Source of the DNA: Eledone cirrhosa
Lineage: Eukaryota
Length of the DNA: 64,000 nt
Assembly (NCBI GenBank): GCA_964016885.1
Contig: OZ024741.1
Coordinates: forward strand, 323,206,001-323,270,000
Direction of reading: 5' to 3'
Each line of letters starts with the position of its first letter. The stretch's first letter is position 1. Of this stretch, positions 36,480 through 50,186 are shown piece by piece. A model generated the notes under the pieces. The model saw nothing but the letters and a program-made list of their open reading frames with translations, searched no databases and was not told where the DNA came from. Both the position numbers and the translations under genes were made by a program.

Positions 36480-36709
36480 GATGAAGAAATACCAAAAGAT
36501 CCCAGTGGAGTGAAGCTGTAGTAAAGGAAAGAGTTGGGTAAAGGCAGTGAGAGCTGAACTTCACAGAGGAGATGAAAGAATGCAACGAGTAAAGGGAAAG
36601 CTAAGCTAGAAATCTGTCCAGAAAATGGAGAGTTTGGAGAGAAAGAAAAGGTTGGAACATCGGAGTTCCACAGATAAACCAATCTTCAAATTGATGGACC
36701 TTTGAACTG

Positions 36710-36713
<4 letters not shown>

Positions 36714-36795
<82 letters not shown>
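36714..36795. repeat. Pure (TA)n microsatellite, ~40 units
   Basis: Directly visible. Confidence 0.97.
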
Positions 36796-36797
<2 letters not shown>

Positions 36798-39477
36798 CAT
36801 TGTTTAAGTCTTTCCACTACACATATAAATTACAAATGGTGAAGTAATTTAAGCAGTAGTAAAGTAGTGGAGTTGATTCAACTGACTATAACTCATCATA
36901 CACAGTTTACAACTTCATGTCAAACATTGCTGTTGTTGCTGTGGTTATAAACACTTTAAAGTCATAGTTAACACTAGTTCTGTCATAAACCCTATCTTAA
37001 CAGCTATAATAAATATCATGACAGCAATAGCCAGGAGCTGACCAAGCCCGTTTCACTTAAACAATCGGAGTATCTGGTGAAGAGAACAGGTATTAAAACT
37101 AAATGAAACAGCCAACTAATTGGACAGTTATAATATATAAGCCATATTCTAGAAAGAAACATTTTTCATGGAGGAGATATACCAACCAACTTCAGCTGTT
37201 CCAAAAGAAAACCCTCTTAAGTATGAGGAAATACACCATGATTAAACCACACAAAGAGAATTTAACTACAGGTGTATGAATAAGTGTGTCTTTGTGCGCG
37301 AGTGTGAGTGTTTGTGCGTGTGTGAATGAATGAGTGTCTGAGTGAGTGCATGCGTAATTCTGTGTGAGTGAGCGCATGTGTATTCAGGACACACCAAACC
37401 CTTGCTTGTAGTAAATACCTTACATAATCTGATATAAGATGAAAGAAAAGAAAAAGAAAAAAGAGAAAGAGAAAAGAAAAAGAAAAAAGAGAAAGAGAAA
37501 AGAGAAAGAAAAAAAAAAAGAAATAATCAATGGTCATTTCCACTCACGACAATTTCAAAACATCTAAATATAGTGTGTTGATTACTTGCCTCAGCTTATA
37601 AACGGGGTGTGGATTGTCTATTTCTCAAACATAAAATAAGGAGCCGGTTTATATTCGAGGATACACAGTAATTAGACAATCTTTTTGATACTAAACTATT
37701 TTAAAATTTATATTTATCTAAAATCCTATCATAGTTTTATGTAAGAAACTTTGTTAATACATCTGATGCTAAACTACCTCTGGTTCTATGATACAAAACT
37801 GTTTTAAAGTGTTTATATTTATCTAAAAACCATCCATCTTTGTTAAGACACCAGCTTATCACAAAAGTTCATTATATTACTAAATCTCTCCAAATTCTTC
37901 CTTATCTTTGAAATGATTTAAAAATCACAGGAAAACATATCTCAGTTTTTGTTGGTGCCTTAGATCTGTCAACTCTCCCTGTCCAACGGAGAGATCTCCC
38001 ATCCACTTTGGGGTCGGTGAGATGTCATCTCGTGAAAATAGGTATAGCTTTCATTATGTAAAATCACCCCATTTTGCCTCATTTCTCCCAGATTTGGAGC
38101 ACTTTTTCATGGTACTTCCTGTTTGGGTTTTTAGAGGTTGGCAGGTCTGATATAGACCCTGTTGAACACATGGTAGCTTAGTTAATATATAGATCCTGTT
38201 AATCACAGTTACTGGTTTAGTGACATGTATCCTGTTGAATATTTATAGTTAGTGGCATAATGACATATAAAGCTTGTTGATCACTTATAGTTAGTTTCTT
38301 TGTGACATACTGATTTTTAATGATACATTGTTAATCATTCTGACACCAAACTTCTTGAAATGATCCCTTGTTTTATGATACAAAGCAGTTTATTTTAAAG
38401 TGCTTATATATATCTAAAACACCTTTCATCATAATTTTATGTAAGAACCTTCATGTTCCTAACACCAACTAAATAATGAGAAAGTTATATTCTTAAATCC
38501 CTCCAAATTCAAGACTATTTGAAACATGATAATGAAAGGATTAAGTTATTTTCCAAACAGCAGTTTAATAATAAAAATTATTTTCAAAACAATTAGAAAT
38601 ATGGTAATGAAAGGGGTAATGAAGTATGATTTATACACTTCATCTGAGGTTATATATTAGAGTTCAAATTACTATTTAGCATAGATAACCCTCCTCTTGA
38701 GCTTGGCAGATGAAAAATGTAACATGTCCTTTAGGATGTAAAGTTAAAACTTAGGTTTTTTTTTTTTTCTTTTTTTCTTATTTCACTAGCTGTGTATAAA
38801 TTTGAACTATAAAGAAGGTGCATAAACGAAGAAAGTATGATACACTATTTACAAAGAAGATAACAAAAAGTTCTTAGAAATGGAATCATATGGTTCATTA
38901 TTGAGAATGCACTAATCAAGCTAGTGAGGCCATCAAGAAAACTAGCATCTTTTTGATGACAAAAATACTAACATCCTTAACACTATGAAATGTGGAAAAT
39001 TTGTGTAGTCAGTGGTGGTGGACAGTTTTCAGATAAACACTACTCTCACTTCTAAACTTGAAATACATTACTCATTACTCTAATACTAAGTTGGTAGAGA
39101 GAGTATATGTGAAGGTACATGGCTTAGTTGTTAGGGTGTTGAAGTCATAAGTTCAAACACTGGAGGTGTGTTGTATCCTTGAGCAAGACATTTTATTTCA
39201 CATCACTCCAGTTCACTAAGCAGGAAAAGGTTAGTTGTATCTGATTCAAAGGTCTAAGCTTTGTTGCACTCACTGTCATGCTGAGTCTCCCTAAGAATTA
39301 CATTAAGATTACATGTGTGTGAAATATTCAGCCAACTACATGTTAATCTAACATGCAGAGTATTCTGTTGATAAAACAACTGGAATACTTGGCATTAGAA
39401 TTGACAGAGGCTTGAAAAACTTATGCAGACCTTTACTTTGAAATAAAGAACTACTACAACATGTACTTTATATATAA

Positions 39478-40320
39478 CTAGCTGAGTAGCTCATCATTGC
39501 TGGGCAATAATAACATGCCTTTATTTCAATTTTTTTTATTCCATTTCCCTGAAGGATAGTCTGCTTGATGAGGACAATCAAACGTAAAGCTGACTGAGTG
39601 AAGCAGGGCTCTTCAAGGTGTAAACGGCAACCAACAATGTTTGTCCTTGTGATTTGTTGATGGTCATAGCAAAACTAAGACTCACTGGGAATTGAAGTCA
39701 TTAGCATTTACATGGGACATCAGTGGGGATAAGAGGAATTCTTGGAACAAACACATCTCCCCTACCACATCCTGTTGAAATGGTGGTTTGAATCACATGT
39801 GGATACATATCTTTCACAACCAAATGAAAGCCGTTGCATAGCCTTGGTGGGTCCAAATTCCTCAATAAAATGGGTGCTCCTTCTTTAAGATGAAGAACAT
39901 GTGGAGGCATTCCTGATGGTTCTTAAGAGTTGAGGAACTCTGTTGGGTAATTGACAGCTTCCCACTGTTCCACCATAGTGTCAGCAGATCAATAGAGCTT
40001 TGAAACCTTTGGTAAATCAAGATCTGTTAAAAAGAATTCCAATTTCACAGTCAAATTGATATTCAAGATTAGGGAACACTTTTTCTATGAGATGGAATAA
40101 TGGTTCCACCTTCGTGCCTATGGGACATATCAATAGCTCCCTTGCTATCTACAGGAAGTCTTCCCTCCCCAAGCATTAATAGATTTTGGGCAAAATGTTC
40201 TGATTGTTCGCCTCCAAGATATGCCCTCATGTTTGTAGTCAGCTGCAAAACTTTCATAAAAGTCCAAATAGCAGATCTTTTTTTCAAACAGGTTCAGATT
40301 TGATCACTCCTATTGCCTTT
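39478..40320 (-). mobile_element. Helitron 3' portion: decayed PIF1-type helicase C-terminus and CTAG terminus
   Basis: LQLTTNMRAYL, YPTEFLNS, PSGMPPHVLHLKEGAPILLRNLDPPRLCNG, VFVPRIPLIP and QFPVSLSFAMTINKSQGQT. The element ends GCCCAGCAATGATGAGCTACTCAGCTAG|T at 39478. Confidence 0.88.
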
Positions 40321-41216
40321 TGGAATGACAGAGAGTTTGTCTAAAATCTCTTACTTCTATCATTTTTCTCTAGGATGCAGTTTCAGAGCCTTTGGAAGAC
40401 ATACACACACTCATTATAATATACATATATATGTAATACATATACATGAACTTAAACACACACACACACGTGGTTATCAAATTTCAATGGGCAACCTATA
40501 TATATATATATATATACACACTCATTGTTTCCTGATGTATATCAGATGACCACAGTTAAAAATGAAACAGTTCTAGTCCTGTAGGTTATTGAGAGAGAGA
40601 GAGAGAGAGAGCGTGCGTGCGCGCGTTATAGAAATGACCTCTGCATACATGTATACGCACACATGAAAGACCAGTACTTCAGTTGCCACTTGAAAGATAA
40701 GTGTCTGAGGAGTGGTGAAGATAACTGTGTCAGTATATTATATACTAGATTCTTTCAATGTTCTCAAGAGAGAGAATTGTATTCATGTCTCTGTTCTGGA
40801 TAACTGGATATCCTAACAAAATTATTATTTTCCTGCTCACGAACTTGGGCGAGAGGGCTGCTAATATTTTCTTCTATTGAGGATGTTGCTTTAGTGTTAT
40901 CCGAATATTTTCTATTTTGATTGGTTACGACAATCTTATCAAATTTTAATTAAACTTTGCACAATTGAACCCCACACAAGGACCACAAGGTATCATGAGT
41001 TTATCTAGATGTATATTTGAATATAAAAATATCTTTCTATTTGAATCAATTGAATCTGTTATTAAATAAATTGAATCCTGGCATATGAATCAATAATTCT
41101 ACTCATCACTCCAACTACACAACAATATATAACAAACTCTGATAGGATATATCCATATGTTTAGCAGGTCACAAAATATGTGAATATAATCTTTTTATAT
41201 AACTATTTAGAATTTT

Positions 41217-41400
41217 ATAATTGTTGTTACTTTTGGCATAAGGCCAGCAATTATCCCTAGTGCATTACTGGTGCTTTATTTTATTGACCCCCATAAGGAT
41301 GAAAGCTAAAGTTAACTCGGCGGGATTTGAACTCAGAACGTAAATGGCCGTAACTCTATGCTACAAAGCAAGGCGTCCAACCTCTACCGATACTGCCAAT
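41217..41400 (-). mobile_element. SINE family A (short variant)
   Basis: Reverse complement of the 44397 copy. Confidence 0.88.
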
Positions 41401-41758
41401 CAACCTTAAATTTAAATATATTTAGATATAATTGAAATAACTGATAAATCGTAAATATATTTAATGTAACAAATGTAAAAATATTTGTTTTGTTGGATTA
41501 AAGAAAAAGAAAGTCGTTACATTATACTTTCTGTACATATAAATTGATGTCTCTAATATGCACATAACAGGGTTGTGTAATAAACTGAAGATGTATACGT
41601 GATACCAACTCTTCTTTTTCATAATATCGATACTCTGGCTGATACCATATAATGCCCTATGGAATCCACATCATGGAGTGCTTATGTCTGATACACTACA
41701 GACAGTTGATTGCTTGGATCAACCAAAGCTGATTACTTGAAATATATATATATACACA

Positions 41759-42109
41759 GGAGGCACATGGAGGCACATGGCTTAGTGGTTAGAGCATTGG
41801 CCTTGCAATCGAAAGGTTGTGAGTTCAATTCTCAGACCGGGTGATGTGTTGTTTCCTTGAGCAAGACACTTTATTTCACATTGCTCCAGTTTACTCAGCT
41901 GTAGAAATGAGATGATAGGGAATGGGGTCCCTATCATTCCACTGTAAAGTGGTCGTGGAGGTGCCACGGCAAAAAAGCACCCAGCACTCACTGTAAATGA
42001 GGTTGGTGTTAGGAAGGGCATCCAGCTGTAGAAATCAAGCCAAAATCAGTTCCCGTCCCACCCTTGCAAGCAGGGAAAAAGCGGACGTAAAATGAAATGA
42101 TGATGATGA
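41759..42109 (+). mobile_element. Full-length SINE family B: tRNA head, CORE-like domain, RTE-derived body and tail
   Basis: A box TGGCTTAGTGGTTAGAGC, B box GAGTTCAATTC, CORE-like TCCTTGAGCAAGACACTT...CAGTTTACTCAGCTGTAGAAATG, then GTTAGGAAGGGCATCCAGCTGTAGAAA. The 3' end matches the RTE tail at 26543-26596. Confidence 0.92.
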
Positions 42110-44396
42110 CACACGCACACAATCTCTCTCTCTCTCAGAAGGTTCCACCACCCAAACATTTTGTCCTGAATTCTTTGAGTGGGAAGGAAGGAAGTTCAGA
42201 AGAAAGGTCATCTGCAATGACTATGCTATAATTCCTGGTAGGAAATTTGGAAAGAGAGAAAAAAATAAGCAGAGAGAGATAGTTAGCAACTCTGTAAGCG
42301 CGCACACATGTACAGAGAGAGAGGGGGATAGAGAGAGGAGTCAGTCTAGATTGGAGGATGTAGTGGCCATTTAGTGTGAAGAACTAATAGTGAGAGGGAG
42401 GAATGGTCAATGCCCACAACCTTGACAGTGCTGGCCCCCCTCTTTAGACCAATGATGTTGATAGCCAGCAAGGAAAACATGACAGGACAGTGGGGAGGGT
42501 ATCTAGTGAGGTTTGCAACAGATGGGAATGTTTACATGCAATCTTCCTCTACCACCTACTTACTCTCCAGAATTTCAACCAGAACATTGCTTCTTCTAAA
42601 TTGATTACCAACAAGTATCAATAATACCTCTCCTCTTACCTCATACACACCAACTTACTTCCCACTAATCACGTACATATAAAAGTTCAACACTATATAA
42701 AGAATAATTTGAAAGTGGAGTTCATATGTATTGCTCCAGTATCTATCCCTGAGTTAAAAATAATGATGATAAACAGACAGTAAGACAAACCAACAAGGTA
42801 GCTTCAAAGCAATGTTCATATGGTAGGAATAGCAGCCAAATATCCCTCAAAGCACATACACACTAACAGCTTAAAAAAGCGGGAGAAGAGTATATTACTC
42901 GTCTTAGAAACACATGCCAGGGAGGGGGGGGGGTCCTTAAATGGGAAAGTCATGTTTGAAACACCTCAGATCTTGTCTGCTCAAAATGTTTGACTAGAGG
43001 CTAAATAACAGATACAATCACTTCCTTACAAAAATATCACCCAGTACATAACCATATTAATACCCAACTTTCTGAAATAGACTCATTCTACAACACAAAA
43101 TTGTTTATATTTATCAAACTATTTTCTACCATTATTTTTATGTTAGAACATTTAAGTTATGCTCCAAACATCAGTTTAATAAAGTTAATCCCTGAAAATT
43201 CTTGACTATTTTCATAATTATTTGAAAATTGCAAACAATGGTCTTTGATTAGAAATATTGAAATAAAAGGTTAAAAATATCAGGAGTACTTTTGAAATTA
43301 TGTGTTATTGAATTATGAGTATAATGAAAGTACAACCAGAGGTAGGCGTGCATATATGAAACTATGTGACAATGTTTACGCTGTTTGGTTCCTGATTGTA
43401 AGATTATGAATTCAATTACAGGCAGTATGTTATCTTGATGGAGATACTTTATTTTACATTGGACCTGTTCACTCAGTCTATACCTTTCCCTTGGACAACA
43501 TGGAGAGGGGAGACTGGTATGTATGGGAAACTGCTCGTCTTCCACAAAACATCCTGCTGAGATTTGTGCCTCACATAGTCAAGTTCATGGCCAGTCAGTC
43601 AATCATAGGTACAAAACATGTCTTACTTTGAATTATACTAGCTCTCACAAACAATACCAAACTAGGAAGTCACATATAAAATAGTAGCAAGCTGAGAGAA
43701 CTGTCACTACAGCCATTGGCTAGTCAAGGTTACAACACCAGATCAAACAATATCAGTTTCTATGTAGTTATTGGGGTGGCTGGGTGTCAGGTGCCACTGA
43801 CTGTTCTTTTGACAACTTGTCCACATGGCAGCTGCTTATACCACTAGCAGCCAAGACCATTGAGTTTGCCTCTAGCCTCCCTTTTTTATAGAACTGCTTT
43901 ATAGCTGTCTTCTCCATCATGCCAGCTTGTACCACCCATTAGAAGGTGGACTGTGCTTTTGTCTTGGCACCAGCACTACCACTTAACAGAGTGGGCTGAG
44001 AGGAAGAGACATATCAGGGTAGGAGTAGGATGACAAAGGGTTAATAATGCTGAGACACTCAAACAACAATATATGATAACAGGTCAATGTAAAAAGGACA
44101 GGAATTCAAGTTTTATAGCTGCATGTTCACTTTAAATGTTAACCATGAAATGTGAAACGGAGGTAATCAGAAAAAACAGTGATGTGATATTAAATGATCC
44201 AAAGCAAGCCCACCCGTTGGGCCAGCAACCCACCTACATATCTATGCACACACACACACACACTGGCCGTTTTGAGATAGGTGAAAAATGATCCACAACA
44301 AAAATCAACAGAGAAAAACACATTTCATGAAGTAATAAAAACAAACATGGTGATTAGATGTCAAGTGATATAGGGTTATCATTATTGTTTAACATC

Positions 44397-44580
44397 GGCG
44401 GTGAATTGGCAGTATCGGTAGAGGGTTGGACGCCATGCTTTCTAGCATAGTTACGTCCCTTTACAGTCTGAGTTCAAATCCCGCCGAGGTTAACTTTGCC
44501 TTTCATCCTTACGGGGTCGATAAAATAAAGTACCAGTAATGTACTGGGTAGTTGCTGGCCTTGTGCCTAAAGTAGAAACA
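44397..44580 (+). mobile_element. Full-length SINE family A (short variant) with a 16-bp TSD
   Basis: ATTATTGTTTAACATC at 44381-44396 and 44581-44596; starts GGCGGTGAATTGGCAGTATCGGTAGA; B box GAGTTCAAATCC. Confidence 0.93.
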
Positions 44581-46069
44581 ATTATTGTTTAACATCTGTT
44601 TTCCTTGCTAACAAGGGCTGGACATATCATCACCAACCAGGTCGTTCTTAAGCCCAGCCTCTGACCTTCACCCTCTACCAAGTATATTTTATCATGGCAC
44701 CAACACTAAGGAAATTGACATGTCTTTGGCATAGCTGAAGAGTCATCCCAATCTTTTGTTTGGCCAAGTCTATTGGCTGATCGTTTATTGTTTAAATCAC
44801 TAACACCAGGGAGATTGTCATGTCTATGGCACAACTGAAGAGTCTTCCCGACCCTTTGTTTAACAAGTTTTCTATGGCTGGATGCTCTTCCTATCACTGA
44901 TCATTTTGCAGAGTGTACTGGAAGTGTTTATCATGTAGTTCACTATTAGAAAGGTTGTCATGTACCTGACAACTATAAAGTCTTCTTGGTAGATTCTATA
45001 GCGAAGTGCTCTTCCTATCACTAACAACCTTGCAGGGTGTACTGGGTACATTTATTGTCACAACTGAAGACCCCTCACTATGGATGGGGTGGAGTGTTGC
45101 CAAGTATGTGAAGGAGGAGTTGACATGGTGAGGAGTGGTGGATAGGAGAAAGGTATCAGGCAGTATGGGAAGTACTGTGGTGATAACAGCTACTAGGAGC
45201 TTATGACTAGTGAGTAAGGGTTCAGAAAGGGGGGGGGGTCTAGAGTAGAGTGGAAGGATGGATGGGTGAGTGGTGCTCCTGGGTAGAGTGTGGGAGTTAA
45301 GTTTTAGGTGGGATGGAAATAACCTTGGATAGAATAGGGATGTCTCATTAGTATGCAATATTGCAGTTCACATGCATGTATCATACAGTCTACATTTCAC
45401 TCAGAGACAAAACCCTTTGTTTTCAGCAGAGGTACGAACTCCCTAAATTTCTTCCAGTCTGTGATTATCCTGGCTACCACACTTGCAAAGCACCTCCTCC
45501 CACTGCTGATTAGATCACCAAAATAAAAGCTGTCAACTTCTAAGGCACATCCATTGTAGCTGATGGAATCAATTCTATATGTGCTCTTAGTGCTTACTTC
45601 TCCTGTACATCTGCTGCATATAAAACCTATCATCATCACTGTTAATCTGCCTGTAATCTCGCTGCATCTCGTGTGTCCATAGATTAAACTGTGTGCATAT
45701 TATGGAGTTTCTGCCACCTCATTTTCAACACATCTAGCAAAACCAATGACTATAGAGTGACTAATATAAATGGAAGCCCTCCTTCACTATACTCAACTAA
45801 AAATATAAGACAGAGCAAGAATGACAAGGTACAATTTAGACTTGATGAAAGACATTCAGTGAAAAGTAGGTGTTTGGAGCAATAACTTAAAAGTTCTTAC
45901 TTGAAATTATGATGAAAGGTTTTAAAATAAATATAAACATTTAATAACCAACACAGACAGTTTCAGCCAGGTTGTTATCAAAAGGGTAAATCTAATGCTC
46001 TGACATCTCAGTGAATTCGCTATAGTCAACCGTTGCCCTTCAATACCCGACAGCGAGAAGAAATGAAAT

Positions 46070-46452
46070 GGAATTTACAGATCACATCTACCTATGTAGG
46101 TTTCGTTGGTCTGCTATGAGGTTACATCTTTTAAGAGGCTACCTGGGTGTACGTGATAAGAGCCCTAGACCTCTTGTTTTTACAGCTCACACCTATGTAG
46201 GTTTAGTTGGCTTCCTACAAGAGTGTATTTCATAGGCAGTTTCCCCAGTTTTATAATGTTACAGTTCACACCTATGTGGCTTTAGTTGGTCTCCTTTGAG
46301 TTTATAGGTTTCTTTGAAGTTTTAATGATAGGGTCCCTCAATCCTATTATGAAAAGCAACATGGAATGAAGTGTCATGCAGAAAAACATAAGCTGCCCGC
46401 TCCAGGAAGCAAACCCACAAACTTACGATTGAGTCCAACACCCTAACCACTA
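46070..46452 (-). mobile_element. CORE-type SINE variant with a triplicated 3' end (TTTACAGCTCACACCTATGTAGGTTTAGTTGG)
   Basis: The unit recurs at ~46074, ~46178 and ~46258; the tRNA head remnant is at 46400-46452. Other copies at 5320-5500, 32010-32204, 47510-47700 and 62820-63022. Confidence 0.65.
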
Positions 46453-47062
46453 GAACTAAGTAGGATTTTCCATACTTCTTTTTAGCTGCTACACAGATAA
46501 TGACATAAAAAAAAATAGCTTTTAAAATGAAGCAGTTTACTAATAATTATGACTGTTTATATTTTGATTATTGAGTTTCTAGGAAAGAAGAAAAGATAGT
46601 GATGAGAAGGAAGTCAATATTAATAATAGCTGCATATCAAAAACATGGTGCAAAATGTCATCTAATAGGTTGTTAGTATTGTTAATATGTAGGACAGTCC
46701 ATAGAAGCATTATGTATGTGTGTATATTAATGTTTACATTTGAGCCCGTACCTATGTTTATATCCTGTAACTTAGTAGTTCAACAAAAAGAGAATGATAA
46801 AATAAATACCAAACTTCAAAAATATAATTACTGGGGGCAATATGATTGACTAAATTCCTCAAAGGCAGTGAATGAACAGTCTAATGGCTGAAACTAGTAA
46901 AGGAATAAAAGAATAAGAAACTGAGTTTTAGAGAAAATATTTCTAAGTAATTATAGAGCTTCTGTCAGATAAATACCACCTCATGTAATGAAATAGAAGG
47001 CAGATTCATACAAATGGCATGGCATGACCTAGTGGCAGTAGTGGTGGTGGACAGGCACAAAC

Positions 47063-47100
<38 letters not shown>

Positions 47101-49719
47101 CTAGCTGTGCTAGAACTCTTTCAGTCACAATAACTTGTCCGTTAGTTTTATTTCTCTGTAGTTGCTCCTTTCTAGAGCATCACCTTTTTCCTTGTAGCAA
47201 TTAACAGTTGTACTGCTGCAGACAGTGAACAGTAATATATCATGTTGAGTATAATTTGAGAGAAGTTAACTGTAAGTTGGCTGTGTTATATATTAGTCCA
47301 GACATTGTTTCACATACGCACACACAGAAAGCACTAGAATTAGCTGGCCACTTACTAGCTTTTTATCATTTCACTTGGAAGTGAATGTAGATTACTGTTA
47401 TATCACCTTCTTTGAGCAAACAAGGGGACAAAGGGGAGAGAAAATGGGTCAATCATCAGATCAAACCTAAGTTGTAAGTTTCCATTAAAAAAGAGAAAAT
47501 TTAATATTTATATCCTACACTTATGCAGATTTAGCTGGTCACCTACAAGGTTACATCCCATAGGAGGTTTCTTGTGAGTTTTGATGATGGTGGCACCAGT
47601 ACTATTATCAAAAGAAATGTAAAATGAAGTGTTTTGCTCAAGAACAACACAATGCCCAGTCCAGGAATTGAACCTTTAAGATCAAGAGTTCAATGCACAA
47701 ACAACCTCCCTATGTACTGTAATTGGGACAGAGTCATCTGGATGAACAAACCCCACAAATTGAACTCACTATCCTCCAGAGTAACGCATTCACAATTGTC
47801 TGTGGTCCCTCGAGGCAACATGTTTCAGATGTTTTACAAACAATATGAGATGTATCAATTAATGGGGTTTTTTTTCTTCTCCTTTTACCTAGTTTTGTTT
47901 CAGGTATTAGTCATTGGTGTTATAATTTGTTGTCAATATAATTGGCATAATAAAAAATAGAATGAGCTAAACAGTTGATTAGTGAAACACTAGATATTTT
48001 CTGTAAGTATTCCTTTGGGGATGTCTTCTGTGTGTATCCTAGTAAGAATAACTACATCATGTCTGGATTTTTTCATAAGAGGTGACTAAATGGATTGGCA
48101 CCAGGAAAAGCATACTGCTATAAATCATGTAAAAAGAAAAAAAAAGACTCCATGATGATGATAAACATGAAACCTAATACAGAGCCCAATATGGTTAACT
48201 CATGTTTTAGTAGTTAAAAATGGCCTTTTTATACCAAACCACCTGATACTGACCCTGGTTCTATGATACAAAACTGCTTATTTTAAAATTTTATATTTAT
48301 CTAAAAACCCTTCCATAATAATTCTATGTAAAAATCTTTGCTAAGTTGTGTTTCAAATACCAGCTTGATAGTGAAAAAGTTATAATTCCAACAAATTTTT
48401 CATTATCTTCAAAATTAATTGAAAAATCATAGGCAGTGTAATTCATTTGAAATGTAACAAAAGGATTAAAGGATGGTTAGTCTGGGCTGTGCAGATATGC
48501 AAATGAAAGAGAGAGGGGTGTCAACAAAATACAAAAGGTGACAAGTCTACAAATATCAAAGGAAATGGCATCCACAGCATGTTGACAGGAACAGAAGACA
48601 GTTGACATGGCATCAGCAAGGAGAGGCATGGGTGGATGGGTGTTAACATAACTAAAACAAAAAAAAAAAAGCTTCAAATGACCCATTTCTCATGACTTAC
48701 TAAAAGTAAAAGGTTTATGATGAAGGTGATGATGGAGGAGGGGGAATGACATGTTAATGGCATCCATTTAAAGAACACACACACACCAGGATGAGGAATC
48801 TAGTACAGTTAAAGCAACATGATAATGCTGTAGTTAGTTCTTAAAGATAAATTTCAATGGAATGATGAATTACTAATAGTAAAAGTTTTAAATATATATA
48901 TACATCTGATATTCTTTTTTTTTTTTTTCTCCTGTTTGTTTAACACTTTCCTGACTATATATCTAATGAGACATATACACTGTTTCAATTAAGAATTTTG
49001 AGGGATTTACTAAAATTATTCATTATTTCATTACAATAGTAACATGTTTTTTATAGAAAATTATATTGAAAGATTTTGATTTAAAAAGGAATTCTTTAAA
49101 ATGGGTGATTTTGTTTCATAGACCAAGAGTTGGCTTTGGCCAAGTTGGTGTCAAACAGGGTGTTTGGACCCTAAGTTCTACATCCTAAATCTGCAGTGGC
49201 TACTAAAAATCTCTGCCTTATGTCTCAATTACAGAATCATTTTGTTCAAGCGTTGACACTGGTTCCAAAATCTTTTAAGGATAACTTGGAGAGGTTAGAG
49301 AAGCTACCATTAATTCTTAACATCCTGTAATGATTTAGCAGAAAATACCTAAACATGGGTTTATAGCATCTTTACTAATGGACAAACTGTTGTGAAAAAA
49401 TTTATATTAGAGTAAATCATCATTTAACACCTGTTTTCCCTACTATCAAGGGCTTTATGGGTCGTTACAGACCTAGTCAGTAATTTATCTAAGCTACTGA
49501 CCTCCCAGACAGGCAGGCTTGTGGTGGTAGGGCAGATTGCATCTCACATACATTCCCACACTACAGAATATACCAGGTGTATTCTTATGGCACCAGCACT
49601 AGAGTCATATCAGACACATCTAAGTGTCTTCTTGCACCTTTGGCAAGTTTTCTATGGCTAGATGCCCTTCCTATCACCAACTCTACTTTTTAACACAATG
49701 TAACCAATTAGTCTAAAAG

Positions 49720-50167
49720 TATGCATGATAAATTTGTTACAATTAGAGGTATCCATCTTCTAAGCAACAATGGAGTCGGTCCTGTTGTATGTGTACTACG
49801 TGGACATTCACTAAGTGACTTGAGAAGAAACTTATGGAATGTCCACAACAATGCTCACAGCAGCTTTAAACGTATCCTAGAAACAGCAACTTACAAAAAA
49901 GGCAACTTTATGATCATCTACCAGCAACCTCTCATACCATTCAAAAGAGATAAACCAGAGAGCAAAGAACAAAACTGTCAGTGATGTATTGTGATGGACA
50001 CCAAAGCATGGGCATTCTAATCAGACCTTAAAGAACCTACATTGAATAGCTATGTGAGGATACTGAATGCAATCTGGAGGGCCTGCCACAAGCAATGGCT
50101 GACCAAGATGAATGGAGAGGGAGAGTCATGAGAATCCGTGCATCCAGCACACCAAGATGACAATGAT
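49720..50167 (+). mobile_element. Degenerate 3' end of a second RTE-like LINE family
   Basis: The 3' end reads AMADQDEWRGRVMRIRASSTPR followed by a GAT-like tail; the upstream part is decayed. Confidence 0.5.
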
Positions 50168-50186
50168 CCCTCTTACATTAGAGAGT

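Noticed and set aside
39701-40287. Host PIF1 helicase gene
   Set aside because: It is frameshifted, contains stops, has no introns, and is followed by a Helitron-type CTAG terminus.
41769-41840. tRNA gene candidate
   Set aside because: It has A and B boxes but no proper acceptor stem and runs directly into a SINE body; the same applies to the family A heads.
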